Shown here: one piece after another, positions 41,251 through 53,774 of the stretch
Numbering within the stretch: position 1 is the first letter of the stretch
Layout of the letters: every line of letters begins with the position of its first letter
Assembly (NCBI GenBank): GCA_964016885.1
Contig: OZ024741.1
Coordinates: 98,828,001 to 98,892,000 of the forward strand
Length of the DNA: 64,000 nt
Direction: 5' to 3'
Source: Eledone cirrhosa
Taxonomy: Eukaryota
Notes under the pieces: model-generated
Seen by the model: only the letters and a program-made list of their open reading frames with translations
The model's database searches: none
Told to the model about the DNA's origin: nothing
Made by a program: the position numbers and the translations under genes

Positions 41251-41356
41251 GTGCTTGATATTGATATTGATTGATATGCGCAATGCGATTGATATTGCTT
41301 CGTTAATTTCTAGCAACCAGCCAGTGTTTTATATAATTTCCAGTATGTTCGATGTA

Positions 41357-41397
<41 letters not shown>

Positions 41398-41558
41398 TGT
41401 CTATGTTCCCAATCAAAAGCATCGACAGAAAGTTGGCAAAAAGAAAATTACAGTAACATTTGTTTTATACATAAGCTTACAGTAAATTATATGACAATAT
41501 ATTTAATACTATGTTCTCTCTATTCTTCCTCGCGTTTACACAGACGTGTAAACACACA

Positions 41559-41656
41559 AGGTTAACTTTGCCTTTCATCCTTATGGGGTCGATAAAATAA
41601 AGTACCAGTAATACACTGGATAATTGCTGGCTTGGTGCCAAAAGTAGAAACCATTA
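41559..41656 (+). mobile_element. tRNA-SINE 3' half
   Basis: aggttaactttgcctttcatcc...gtgccaaaagtagaaaccatt. Confidence 0.85.
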
Positions 41657-41708
41657 TATATATATGTATGTATGTATGTGTGTATATTATGTATTTACAT
41701 ATATTTAT

Positions 41709-42315
41709 GTCAGGTCACCAGTTGGTGCTACTGGTAACATGTATCCCAGTACAACCTGTCCCATGGTCGGGTCGTTGGCGACTAAACTGGCAACCCCACC
41801 AAGGTTTCTTGGTGAGGAGGGTGACTTTGGACATCCTGCAGGACTAAAAACAAAACCTGTCAAAGGGCAAAGGAGCTCTTAAGAGTCAATGGCCATCCAA
41901 AATCACCGGGAGAGATGACCCCTTAGCCTTTGTCAAGGCAGAATTCTAGAAGGAAAACTCTGATATAACATCTGCAACCCTGATAGTATCCAATGATGTT
42001 GACTTGTTCTTCTTTTTGGTAAATATCATCTTGGTTAAGAGAGTGGGACTGGCTTTGTGCAGTGCCTTTGCTCACTATAAAAGCTTCACGGCACAGGCAT
42101 TGCTTTATATCTGGAGATCTCTCTGCACTTGTCGTTACATGGTACAATGGGCCCAGCACTATGTGTCAATAATTGTCACAAGTGTAGTGTTTGTACCAAA
42201 GTTTTCAAGTCGCTGGCTGGACTAAAAGGTCACACTCGTTCAGCGCATCGGTAGGGGTTCTCCTACATGGATATAAAGTAGTGGCCGTACTCGAAAACGA
42301 GTTGGCAGCCACCAT
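41709..42315 (+). mobile_element. Bipartite RTE-derived element, copy 3
   Basis: Reverse complement of copies 1 and 2. 42168-42254 encodes NNCHKCSVCTKVFKSLAGLKGHTRSAHR*, a C2H2 finger typical of RTE ORF C-termini. Confidence 0.85.
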
Positions 42316-42555
42316 ATTATGTACATCACTTTTCATAAGCTAGCTGCTGAGAATGACTATGATTTCTGTTCTTAAACGTTTGCATCATTGCCCCCAGCGC
42401 ACAAGGGATTGCAACAGGACAAAACAAGACTAGAAAATGCGTAAAATGGGGCAGAGTGCGTCTTGTTGATTAAATATACATAAAATAAAGGCAAAATATA
42501 TACACACAACACATGTATTTCGAAGTGAAAACCGAAAGCGATGAAAGGAAGTACA

Positions 42556-42597
<42 letters not shown>

Positions 42598-42623
42598 CGA
42601 AGGAAATGTGGTAAGGAACCGTC

Positions 42624-42652
42624 GAAACGGCTTGAGCTCAGCCGTCGGGGTC
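42624..42652 (+). ncRNA. 3' half of a hammerhead-like motif between (TA)n tracts
   Basis: GAAA cggc ttgagctca gccg TC ggggtc, same family as 26116. Confidence 0.5.
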
Positions 42653-42809
42653 TTACTGGTTCCTATATATATATATATATATTTGTGTGTTTGTATATAT
42701 ATATTTATATGTGTGTGTTCGGAAGAGTTTGTTTTGGTAAAAACAGCAGCAAGCAGGAGAAAGCACTCAACATTCGTATTTTGTAGTTACGATGGTGATT
42801 CAGTATAAT

Positions 42810-42917
42810 AATTATTTCTACTTTTGGCACAAGGCCAGCAATCAACCAGTACATTACTGGTACTTTATTTTATCGACCCCGTAAGGATGAAAGGCAAAAT
42901 GAACCTCGGCGGGATTC
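42810..42917 (-). mobile_element. 5'-truncated tRNA-SINE with apparent target-site duplication
   Basis: SINE body flanked on both sides by gattcagtataataat. Confidence 0.8.
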
Positions 42918-44075
42918 AGTATAATAATAACATTAATAAAGATGCTGATGTTACATAAATCGTTTATTCATTATAATTATTTCAATGGCTCTCCCATGCA
43001 ATCAAGATGTAATTCATTCATTTGTTGTTGTTATAAGAACGGTATCCTCAGATGAAATCCGATTTTGTGATATGCTGCCGGCAGGAAAAATCAGGTCCCT
43101 CTGCTCGTGCGTCCAGCAGACATATGTCTGGGCGAAGACTACAGTAAAAAAAATACAGGACAGACCCCTCCCATCAATCGACCGCTGTAGATATATTGTT
43201 TCGGTGCTTTAAGATCGATACAATTGGCTCCAGTACATATAGGAGAGTAACAAGTGGATACAAGCAAGATGACTGGTCTTTCCAATATTTACAAATAAAA
43301 TAAAATTTGCCACAGGCCATTGTGTTGCATCTGAAAGGAAGAGATAAAGACAAGCCCAACATATTGGCCCAGGAGAGAAAGTATGCACAGAAGGCGAAGT
43401 AAAACGTCATAGAATATGCAAACATCAACAAAATTTTGTTCGTTTGGATAAACGGGCAGAGAAAGAAAAAATTAGAGGAGAGAAGAGAAAACGCAGGCGT
43501 AGTAAAATATATGCATATCAATTTGATATACACACACGTACATGCATACAAGCATGCAGACATACATGTGTGGGGAGGGGTGCCCGTGTGTCTATGTGTT
43601 TGAGTTGATTTTGCATGGCCGTAAGTTTCATAGACGTAAATATACACCGTTAGGTGTTTCCATTCGTTGGTTCAGATCACATGTTGGATCATATAGATCT
43701 GCGACAAAAGATTTTTAATATTTGCTCCACGTGAGAGAAAGCAAATAACAACAGTACCAGCTGCTCTACTACAAGTAAAATATGAGATTGTATATCTTCT
43801 ACTACAGTTTCAAGAGGGAGGGCGGTAGTCAGGTGGTGTTAATTTACTGGCGCATATGGACCAGATAGATCTTAAATTGCCTTGGGCGGATTATTTGGTG
43901 CCAGTGGTGCCAGGGTTTTTATTTGATGGCAATTTTAATTGATGGATATTGCAAGCTGCATTGTTATGTGCAGATTCTCACGGAAGCAGAGCTGGTATAT
44001 ACGAACTCTATGTGCATAAAATGATGCGATATGTAATGTTGGGGAAGTCCCTTCCTTGGTAACGGAGTCGCCAAA

Positions 44076-44364
44076 TAATTGTTTCTACTTTTGGCACAAG
44101 GCCAGCAATTACCCAGTGCATTACTGGTACTTTATTTTATCTACCCCGTAAGGATGAAAGGCAAAGTTAACCTTGGCGGGATTTGAACTCAGACCGTAAA
44201 GGGACGTAACTATGCTGGAAAGCATGGCGTCCGACCCTCTACTGATACTGCCAATCCCCCACAAATAATTGTTTCTACTTTTGGCACAAGGCCATCAATT
44301 ACCCAGTACATTACTGGTACTTTATTTTATCGACCCCGTAAGGATGAAAGGCAAAGTTAACCTC
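44076..44364 (-). mobile_element. Two tandem tRNA-SINE copies, one full and one truncated
   Basis: Units separated and flanked by caaataat. Confidence 0.88.
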
Positions 44365-44709
44365 ACAAATAATATGGGACAGTTAGATATGTTTTTTCAC
44401 TATTTCTGCATATGCTGTATAAATCTTCCCTTACAGTCATTGACCTAAACGAGCCAATGGAAGCATCTAAGGATTCCCACTTGACAGTCATATGCTTCCA
44501 CTCCATCATATTTGCAAGTGCAACTGACTTGTTATGCGTATATGTTCACGGTTAAACTGTTAAAACATATATTTAACTCCCATAATATGAGTTTATTGCT
44601 TCTTTCATTCGTTTGTACACAGATCTGTTTATGTGTGTGCATGTATGTTCGCGCTTGTATAGATGTGTATGTGTGTATGTATATATGCATAGAAATATAC
44701 ATCCCTCTA

Positions 44710-44745
<36 letters not shown>

Positions 44746-44765
44746 CATATATATATTTATCTATG

Positions 44766-44816
<51 letters not shown>

Positions 44817-45219
44817 AATATATATATTATATGTTATATATATATATATATGATTAAATATATATATATTTATTTAGTTGACGGTCAATAAATCCGTTAT
44901 CTCAGTATATCATATATTACTGTCATATCTCAAACGAAACTTCTTTTATGTTACTGTACTAGTACTAAGAGATACCAAAGAGCTTCCGTCTGCTGACTTC
45001 ATAATCAGAGTGTGTATCCCTGTTCATATGTATGTGAGTGTTTGTGTGTGTGTGTGTGTATATGTGTGTGTATGTGAGTGTGTATATGTGTCCGTCCAGA
45101 AATATATCATATGATTCAGAGCCATAGTAAAGAACTGTATTGATTTTGTTTCCATCTTGTATCTCTTGCTGTTGATGTGTTGTTCGCGTTATCGTATAAT
45201 GTTTGCAGTATTTGTTCAT

Positions 45220-45503
45220 ATTGATAATGTTATTACGATTGTTGTTGTAGTTGTTGCTGGAGTTGTTATTGTTGTTGATGATGATGTTGTTGTTGTTGTT
45301 GTTGTTGGTGGTGGTGTTGTTGTTATTGTTGTTATTGTAGTTATTGTTGTTAATAATGTTGTTGTTGATGTTGTTGTAGTTAGTGTTGTTGATGATGATG
45401 ATGTTGTTGTTGTTGTTGTTGTTGTTGTTATTGTTGTTATTGTAGTTATTGTTGTTAATAATGTTGTTGTTGATGTTGTTGTAGTTAGTGTTGTTGATGA
45501 TGA

Positions 45504-45534
<31 letters not shown>

Positions 45535-45790
45535 ATTGTTGTTATTGTAGTTATTGTTGCTGATGATGTTGTTGTTGTTGTTCGTATTCTTGTTTCCTTC
45601 TCAATCGGTATCAATAGCGTTTGTGACGCCATCCATTTATCACCGGTAATCGATATTTTCATTGTTGAAACTGTTACTGCCATCATCATTATCATCATCA
45701 TCATCACCGCAGCCGTCAACACCATATCATCATTTTCATCATCATCATCATCATCATCATTTTCGTCGTCATTGGCATCATCCTCATCGC

Positions 45791-45827
<37 letters not shown>

Positions 45828-45857
45828 GTCATCACCATCATCATCATCGCCATCATC

Positions 45858-45888
<31 letters not shown>

Positions 45889-46400
45889 ACATCATCACCA
45901 TCATCATCATCATTATCGCCATCATCATCACCCTCATCATCATCATCATCAACATCATCATCATCATCTCACTCATCATCATCACATCATCATCATAGTC
46001 ATCATGATGGTTATTGTCGTCGTCAACATCATCATCATATTCTTCATCATCATTCTCATCATTTTCACCGACATATTCCTGATTATTGTCATCATCAAAC
46101 GCAGAAAGTAGATGGTCGTGAACGTCCTTCTTATCTTCATCAGGAGCATAAACATCGTCATCACCATCATCATCAGCAGCAGCAGCAGAAGCAGTATCGT
46201 CGTCGTCTTTATCATCGTTATCATCATCGTTTCCAATATCGACTTTATCTTTAATAATATCATCTCCGTCATTAATTTGATTGTTATCATCACCATCATT
46301 ACGGCCATCATCATCTTTATCACGCTATCACCATTATAATTATAATTATCAACAGTATAATCGCTACCATCATTATCATCGCCATCATCATCATTGTCAT
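45220..46400. repeat. Low-complexity (GTT)n then (CAT)n region with internal duplication
   Basis: Directly visible; the source of the poly-V/S/H/M ORFs. Confidence 0.9.
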
Positions 46401-46489
46401 CAATATGCTTGGTTGATCTTGTTTTAGAGAGGACTATCTTCCATGACGTCATGTTGACGCTGAAGTTGTTACGTAATGAAAAAGTCTAT

Positions 46490-46742
46490 TCTGCTTCTTC
46501 TTCTTCTTCGCTCACTTCTTCGAGAGAGGGTCGAGAGAGCTGAGTCCTTAAACATTCCATCGAGCGGTTCCTGTCAGAAGCAACTGCCTCCAATTAATCC
46601 GTCTGGATCCCCAAGCAAATCTCATGGATGTTATCTAACCATCTTGCTCGTGGTTTAACCTTGAGTCTCCTACTGGTTGATTTTTGCCCATAAAATCTGC
46701 CCAGCGATTCTTTCCTGATACATTCTAACCACGTGCCATTTT
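46490..46742 (-). mobile_element. RTE-clade LINE 3' end with (GAA)n tail
   Basis: Minus strand reads WHVVRMYQERIAGQILW...RLKVKPRARWLDNI...ASDRNR, the RTE C-terminal signature, followed by (GAA)n. Confidence 0.8.
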
Positions 46743-46830
46743 AGTCATACAAAATCAATGAAAAACTGTGAATTCAGTCTTTATTTTAAAATTAATTTAA
46801 CAACATTGATTTTTATTTGAATGGCTAAAC

Positions 46831-47121
46831 CAGTCATGTGTAACCTGCGGCCCTCGAAGTTTTCTGAATGGCTCGCCTAAGTCACCTAAGTGAAATCTTT
46901 GTGATTTGTTTACCCCAACTTTTCAGTCGTAATTTATCTTGCTATCATTTTTACGATTGAACGAAACAACGTTTACGAATTCTGAAGAAACAAATCAAAA
47001 CAACCTGAGTTATCACCCTTCTTTTTTATGAGGGCACGAATGTGAATTAGCGCTTGCGGCTCTCCTGGTGATGAGCCATATTTTATGTTGCCCGCTTCTC
47101 GAAAAGGGTTGCCCATGCCTA
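46831..47121. mobile_element. hAT (Charlie-like) MITE
   Basis: Termini cagtcatgtgtaacc / ggttgcccatgccta with a perfect 8-bp TSD ggctaaac (46823-46830 and 47122-47129). Confidence 0.88.
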
Positions 47122-47374
47122 GGCTAAACTTTTTTCATCTATTATATATATGAAGTTTAATGAAATGAATTCTACGATGTTCTCTTCGTACACGCGGAGA
47201 TGTAATTGACCGCTCAGCTAAATAGTTCTTATGTTTCTGTCCACGACGAGAGTTACAATGAAAGCTATTTATACTATTCGTGTATGAGTATGTAAGCTAA
47301 AACACAAGGCAAACGGATAAATGTGTGTGAGTGTGTTCTATGCATTTTCCTACACATATATATATGCGTATGTG

Positions 47375-47464
<90 letters not shown>

Positions 47465-47642
47465 ATATGTATATGCATGTATATTTCTGTGTAGTCTACA
47501 TACATATGTACATATATATGCACACATAATTACATACGTGCACACATAGATGCATATATGCATATATAAGTACGTACATACATACATACATACATACATA
47601 CATACATACATACATACATACATACATACATACATACATACA

Positions 47643-47675
<33 letters not shown>

Positions 47676-48033
47676 GTACAGGTAAATAAAGAAAAATATT
47701 TTCAATCAGAAAGAAAATTATTTTGAAAAAATATCTTTTCGAGTGAGATATTCTTATCGGAAATTGAAAAAAGTACAGTTCCCAGTGAATCAGATTCCAT
47801 TTATCTATTTCAAAGATTCTTTTAATGCTATTATACCAATGCTGGTGTGAGATTACTCTGTCCACACACAATCAGTTATTGTTCGTCAATACACATATAA
47901 ACACAAACACACACACACAGAAACAAACAATCACAAACAGGTAGAGACGATGGATCCATATGTCTGATGATGTTTTCAAATGCTGCTTAACTTATAGAAC
48001 ACATTCCCGCACCAACACACACACAATCACAGG

Positions 48034-48290
<257 letters not shown>

Positions 48291-48696
48291 GTGTGTGTGT
48301 GTATTCTGAGATAGATAAATAGATAGATAGACAGGTAAATGTGTTTACAGCTGAAGCGACGTAATATACGAGAGAAATGTGTGTATATGCTGTGTTAGAG
48401 TGATTAATGCTAACACACCCATAATACCACCCATGAATGTACAGATAATACAGCTGTGTATACACACACATATAGTTATCTACCTAATTCGTAATCTGGT
48501 TATCTTCATGTAATGTATAGAAATTGTATTTTCTTATTTGAGTAAGATGTAGTGTGATAGAAGAACTACTAACTATATATCAGGCTTCCTACTTTATATC
48601 ATGCTTAGACGTAACTGATTCTGAGTAAACATTCATGATTCAAATCTACTGTCGATGCAATATTGCCATTTAATAAAAAGATTATCATTATAAAAA

Positions 48697-48727
<31 letters not shown>

Positions 48728-48734
48728 GTTATTA

Positions 48735-51142
48735 CTCTTTGAGTCTCAGTCATTGATGTTAGTTAACTGGAAAGTTTGTTGAGATGAATATCAAGCCACT
48801 ACCTGCAGCCTCAGATATTCAGGACGTATCGGAGGGTTCTTGCTGTTCCCAGCAAGCATGCCTTTTGAAACGTTCCAAAAAGCGTGAAGGGGCCAATTTT
48901 CTTTAACCATCCCTGGAAACTTTTTGAGATAGTCCCTAGTGCGCCTATGACAATCGGGATCACTTTGACTTCATGGTAGTTCCAAATCCTTTTTAACTCC
49001 CACTTTAAGTCCTGGTATCGGTTAATTTTCTCCCTCTCCTTCTCTTGCACTCTCGTGTCGAATGGGCAGGCCACATCCACAATCAGGCACGATCTTTTTT
49101 CTTTGTCCAAAACCACCAGGTCAGGCCTATTGTGTTCCAGTTTCTTGTCCGTCTGTATCCTAAAATCCCACAGCACCTTCACCTGATCGTTTTCTATCAC
49201 CACCTCTGGCTTATGCTCATACCACTTCTCAGAATGTGGTAAATTGTTTACTTTGCATAGGTGCCAGTGGATCACCCTGCCCATCACATCATGTCTCCAG
49301 CCCTTATAGTGAGTCTGGGCTAGGTGTTTACACTCGGATACAATGTGAGCCACAGTCTCCTCTCTCTCTCCACAGATCCTGGACAGTGGGCTAGCCTCCT
49401 CCTTGTAAATGTGGTGTTTCAACCACTTCGTTTTGAGGGCCTGCTCCTGCGCAGCCATTAACATTCCTTCTGTAGCCTTTTTAAGGTCTCCTCTTTTCAA
49501 CCAGTTCCATGTCTGTGGATCTCTAAATTCAGTTTTCTCAAAGAAGGTACTATGAAGGGATTTTTCCTGAAGGCTGCTCTTTCTCCTTGATGTTATTTCC
49601 TCCTTGGACATCCCCTGGCCTATTGTCCCCTCCTTCAGTACAGTTCTGAGCATTGGCTCCTTACTATCAGTCACGTATTTGTGTAGGTTGTTTTTCTCCA
49701 TCTGAACACAGTCCTCCATGCTGATAAGACCTCTTCCACCCTCAGATCTCCTTAGGTAGAGTCTATCGACATCACTCCTCTTGTGGAACATGTTGTAGAT
49801 AGTCAATAGCTTCCTAGTCTTCCTATCCATTTCTTTTTGTTCAGCAACATTCCATCTCAGAATTCCCGCACTGTACCTAATAATAGACACAGCTCGGGAA
49901 TTTACTGCGCTTATGGCATTTCTGCTGTTCAGATGTGACTTCAATACGCTCCTTACTCTCCGAATGTATTCAGTTCTTAACAATTCCTTCATTTTTTTGT
50001 TCTTTATGCCATCAGCCTCCAGAACGCCCAAATACTTGTATCCTTCCTCAGAGTCAATTTCCTTTATAATCTCACCTGTTGGTATCTGGATTCTGTTACT
50101 TCTGCTCAACCTACCCTTCCTCATCACAATGACTCCACACTTACTAATACCAAACTGCATACATATATCACTGCTGAAAATACGGACAGTGTCAAAAAGC
50201 ACATCCAACTCCTTCTCACTCTTCCCGAAGAGCTTAAGATCGTCCATGAAGAGGAGGTGATTGATGGTACTGGAAGATACCTCTCTTGATCTTCACGCTT
50301 CCCAAGGATTCTTCAGTTGATGTCAACTCTGTTTCCCAGGACCTCATACTCTTGCCCAACAACTGTCTGATGTTATCTGCCACCTTGAAGATCTCCAGGC
50401 TTTTGGTGATCCAAGAATGAGGCACCATGTCAAATGCCTTTCTGTAGTCTATCCATCCCATGGCAAGATCAGTGTGTCTCCTCCTGCAATTCCCCATTAC
50501 CATCTTATCAATAAGTAACTGGTCCTTTGTACCACGTGACTTCTTTCGGCATCCTTTCTGTTCGTCCGGTAACAAATTGTTTGTGTGGAGGTGATGGTAG
50601 ATTTCCTCAGACACAATGCTCGTCAACAGTTTCCACATTACGGACAGACATGTGATAGGTCTATAGTTGGTAACATCATTACCCTTGATTCGGTCTTTCA
50701 TTATTAGAACTGTGGTACCTTTTGTCAACCGCTCTGGTACCTCACCTGACATCAAGCAGTCATTGAACATGGTTGTCAGTTTCGGATGGAGGGATGTTAT
50801 ATTTTTAATCCAATACCCCTGCACACCATCTGGGCCTGGTGATTTCCAGTTGGTTAGTTTTTTGGCCTGCCCCTTAAGAGTTTCAACTGTGATACTCAAA
50901 TCAGTTTGTTGGTGTGCCTGCTCACCGATCTCCCTCTGTACTGTCTCAATCCACACTGCCTGGTCATTATGTCTAACATCCTGCTCCCATATTCCTCTCC
51001 AGAATGTTTTAGTTTGTTCCGCCTCAGGGATCAAGTCGTTGCCTCTTTCTTTCCCCTCAAGCTGTCCAAACAGCATCTTCTGGTTGATGTCGAACATGCG
51101 GTTCTGAGCATCTTCTGGTTGTTGTCGAACTTGCGGTTCTGA
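48735..51142 (-). mobile_element. 5'-truncated R4/Dong-clade retrotransposon in (TAA)n
   Basis: RT motifs (KSPGPDG, YRPITCL, IDYRKAFD, FMDD) plus zinc knuckle, RHD and NRPDLV RLE. (TAA)n on both sides and a 35-bp duplication at the 5' junction. Confidence 0.95.
48811..51097 (-). pseudogene. RT-RLE ORF broken by a deletion/frameshift that removes the QGDSLSP region
   Basis: ORFs 50234-51097 and 48811-50247; RGIFQ is joined out of frame to TINHLLFMDD. Confidence 0.9.
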
Positions 51143-51170
51143 TTATTATTATTATTATTGTTATTGTTAT

Positions 51171-51452
51171 TCCTTGAATCTCAGTCATTGATGTTGGTTA
51201 ACTGGAAAGTCCGTTGGATTGAATATCAAGCCACTACCTGCAGCCTCAGATATTCAAGACGTATCGGAGGGTTCTTGCTGTTCCAAGCAAGCATGCCTTT
51301 TGAAGCGTTCCAAAAAGCGTGAAGGGGCCGATTTTCTTTAACCATCCCTGGAAACCTTTGGAGATAGTCCCCAGTGCGCCTATGACAATCGGGATCACTT
51401 TGACTTCATGGCAGTTCCAAATCCTTTTCACCTCCCACTTTAGGTCCTGGTA
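51171..51452 (-). mobile_element. Short 3' fragment of the same Dong family, copy 2
   Basis: Matches 48735-49017; (TAA)n on both sides. Confidence 0.93.
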
Positions 51453-51518
<66 letters not shown>

Positions 51519-51526
51519 GTTGTTGT

Positions 51527-51802
51527 TCTTTGAGTCTCAGTCATTGATGTTATTTAACTGGAAAGTTTGTTAAAATGAATATCAAGCCGCTACCTGCAGC
51601 CTCAAATATTCAGGACGTATCGGAGGGTTCTAGCTGTTTCCAGCAAGCATGCCTTTTGAAGTGTTCCAAAAGGCGGGGCTGGACCAATTTTCTTTAACCA
51701 TCCCTGGAAACTCTTTGAGATAGTACCTAGTGCGCCTATGACAATCTTTGACTTCATGGCAGTTCCAAATCCTTTTTACCTCCCATTTTAAGTCCTGGTA
51801 TC
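51527..51802 (-). mobile_element. Short 3' fragment of the same Dong family, copy 3
   Basis: Matches 48735-49020 and abuts the 5' end of the Tx1-like element. Confidence 0.92.
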
Positions 51803-51954
51803 TGTTAGTTTCACAGTCACACCTTCCTCACAAACTAACACCTCACACCGACACCACCATTGTAAATATTACTACGTTTGCCAACACTAAAAATATAAGC
51901 AGTAGCAATATTTTAAATTTGTCTCAGGCAGACATTCATTTCCCGCCATTACCA

Positions 51955-53728
51955 ATGACTGCAGGTGTTGAAGCCTCCACCCCCACCACCACCAGAGCGA
52001 CAACAGAAACAAAAGAAAAAAATAAATTATCTCGTGATATCGAAACAAATTCAGCCAAAATGAACTCTTCCACACCGAACACCACTGACGCCACCACCAC
52101 CACAACTGAAACTAAAATTAACAATAACAAAAATAACGATAACAACAACAGCAACAACAACAATGAGAATAAGAAAACCACCCTGTCTTTTGCCAGAGTA
52201 GCAAAAAAGTGCGAAGCAATCCAGGTAACTCGGGAGGAATTAGATGAAGCCAAGAGAATGGTAAAGAAAGATGGGTACAGGGTCAGCCCCCCACCCTCAC
52301 CACCCACCCCCACCAAATAAAATGGACCATCGGCGCCTATACACCGTGTCTTATCGGACGATTAACATAAAATCGCGCCGAGTGGAACGGGCATCCGAGT
52401 CCCAAATCCAAAAAGCTTTGGGACATGTGTGGGCAAAAAAAACCCCACATCAGACGTGGGCAGAAATATAGAACCGTGGACGTGTTCTTTGAAACACTAC
52501 AAGAGGCCAGAGAAGACTTCATAGCCCCATTAATAAGTGACGATTTCACACTCGTCCCAAGCTATTTTGGCCAGAGACTCCTGAAAATCAGGGTGACCCA
52601 CGTTCCACCGACTATCGAAATTCCCTGGCTAATGGCTACCGTCCTCGCGGGCATCGAAGCCAACACCAAGATAATCGAAATAGCGAAAGAAAAGCAGGAG
52701 AACTGGTCCGGATCTGGGATGGAGCTCCTGATCCAAGCTGACCAAAAAAGCATTGAGGAGATCCCAGAGGTAATAGACCTCACTGACGGCAGCCACCTCA
52801 CCGTAATCGTCGAGGGCAGAAGGCCTAGGTGTGTCGTTTGTGATGAAGGAACCCACCTAAGGGATTTCTGCTCTCAGGCTAAAATATTGAGGCCACCTCT
52901 CTTACCCACCCCAGTGACTCAACCATCAACACCACCAGCAGCAGCAATGGCAGCAATAACTGTAGCAGCAACAACAGAAGCAACTGTAACAGCAACAACC
53001 CCAGCAACAGTAGCAAAACCAACACCACCACCACCCAACGCGACAGAACTAGCACCAGCGCCTACACCATCCACCACGCCACAACCAAAACTAACGCCTG
53101 TGGAGGATTTTCCACTCCCCGACCTATCGCAAATGGAGACAGATTGTGACGATGAGGAGTGGGAAACGGTATCAGAAAAAAAGAAAAAAGAAAAAGAAAC
53201 CAAAAAAGATAAAATCCCCTTCCTTCCTCCTCCCAAAACAAAATACAGAAGGAAAAAACTAAACTATCAAACAAAAAAGTTAGGACAGTTATGCCACCAT
53301 CCACACCAACATCACCAACCCCATCACCACAAACACCAACCCCATCACCATCATTAACCCAACACCACCATCACCAACACCACAAAAGTCACCAAAAAGC
53401 GAAACAGAAACAAACCCACATCAAACGCAAACAAAACAAAACAACCAAAACGATACACACTACACAGCAATAAATTTGAACAACAACCAACATCCAACTC
53501 AACACCAGCATCACAGAAAAAGACTACACAACAACCCAAATGTTCACACCACCTCCACACATACAAATTACTCGCATCACACAGAAAACGCACACGACGC
53601 TAAAACAAAAATTCCCCAAAGACATCGGAGACTTCCGACATGCACTCTTCAGGGGGATTTATAAGGACATCCTTCCGGATGAGGCCAGAAGCAGTGAAAA
53701 GGATGGAGAAACCATCCTTCCTCTATGA
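51955..53728 (+). pseudogene. LINE ORF1 (gag-like, CCHC zinc knuckle), frameshifted
   Basis: ORFs 51748-52320 and 52425-53357 and fragments. VIVEGRRPRCVVCDEGTHLRDFC is followed by low-complexity P/T/K tracts. Confidence 0.75.
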
Positions 53729-53774
53729 GAAGTAAAGTAAGTGGTATTTCCCATCTTTTCCACTCCATTTCAAC

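Noticed and set aside
41709-41830. HDV-like or twister ribozyme at the 5' end of the RTE-derived element
   Set aside because: A G-U-closed ggtcacc/ggtgact helix exists, but P3/L3, P1.1 and the twister core could not be placed.
43640-44060. Possible decayed LINE endonuclease
   Set aside because: Only vague resemblance to ORF2 motifs; needs a frameshift-aware search.
45157-46452. Poly-Val/Ser/His/Met ORFs
   Set aside because: Products of (GTT)n and (CAT)n simple repeats.
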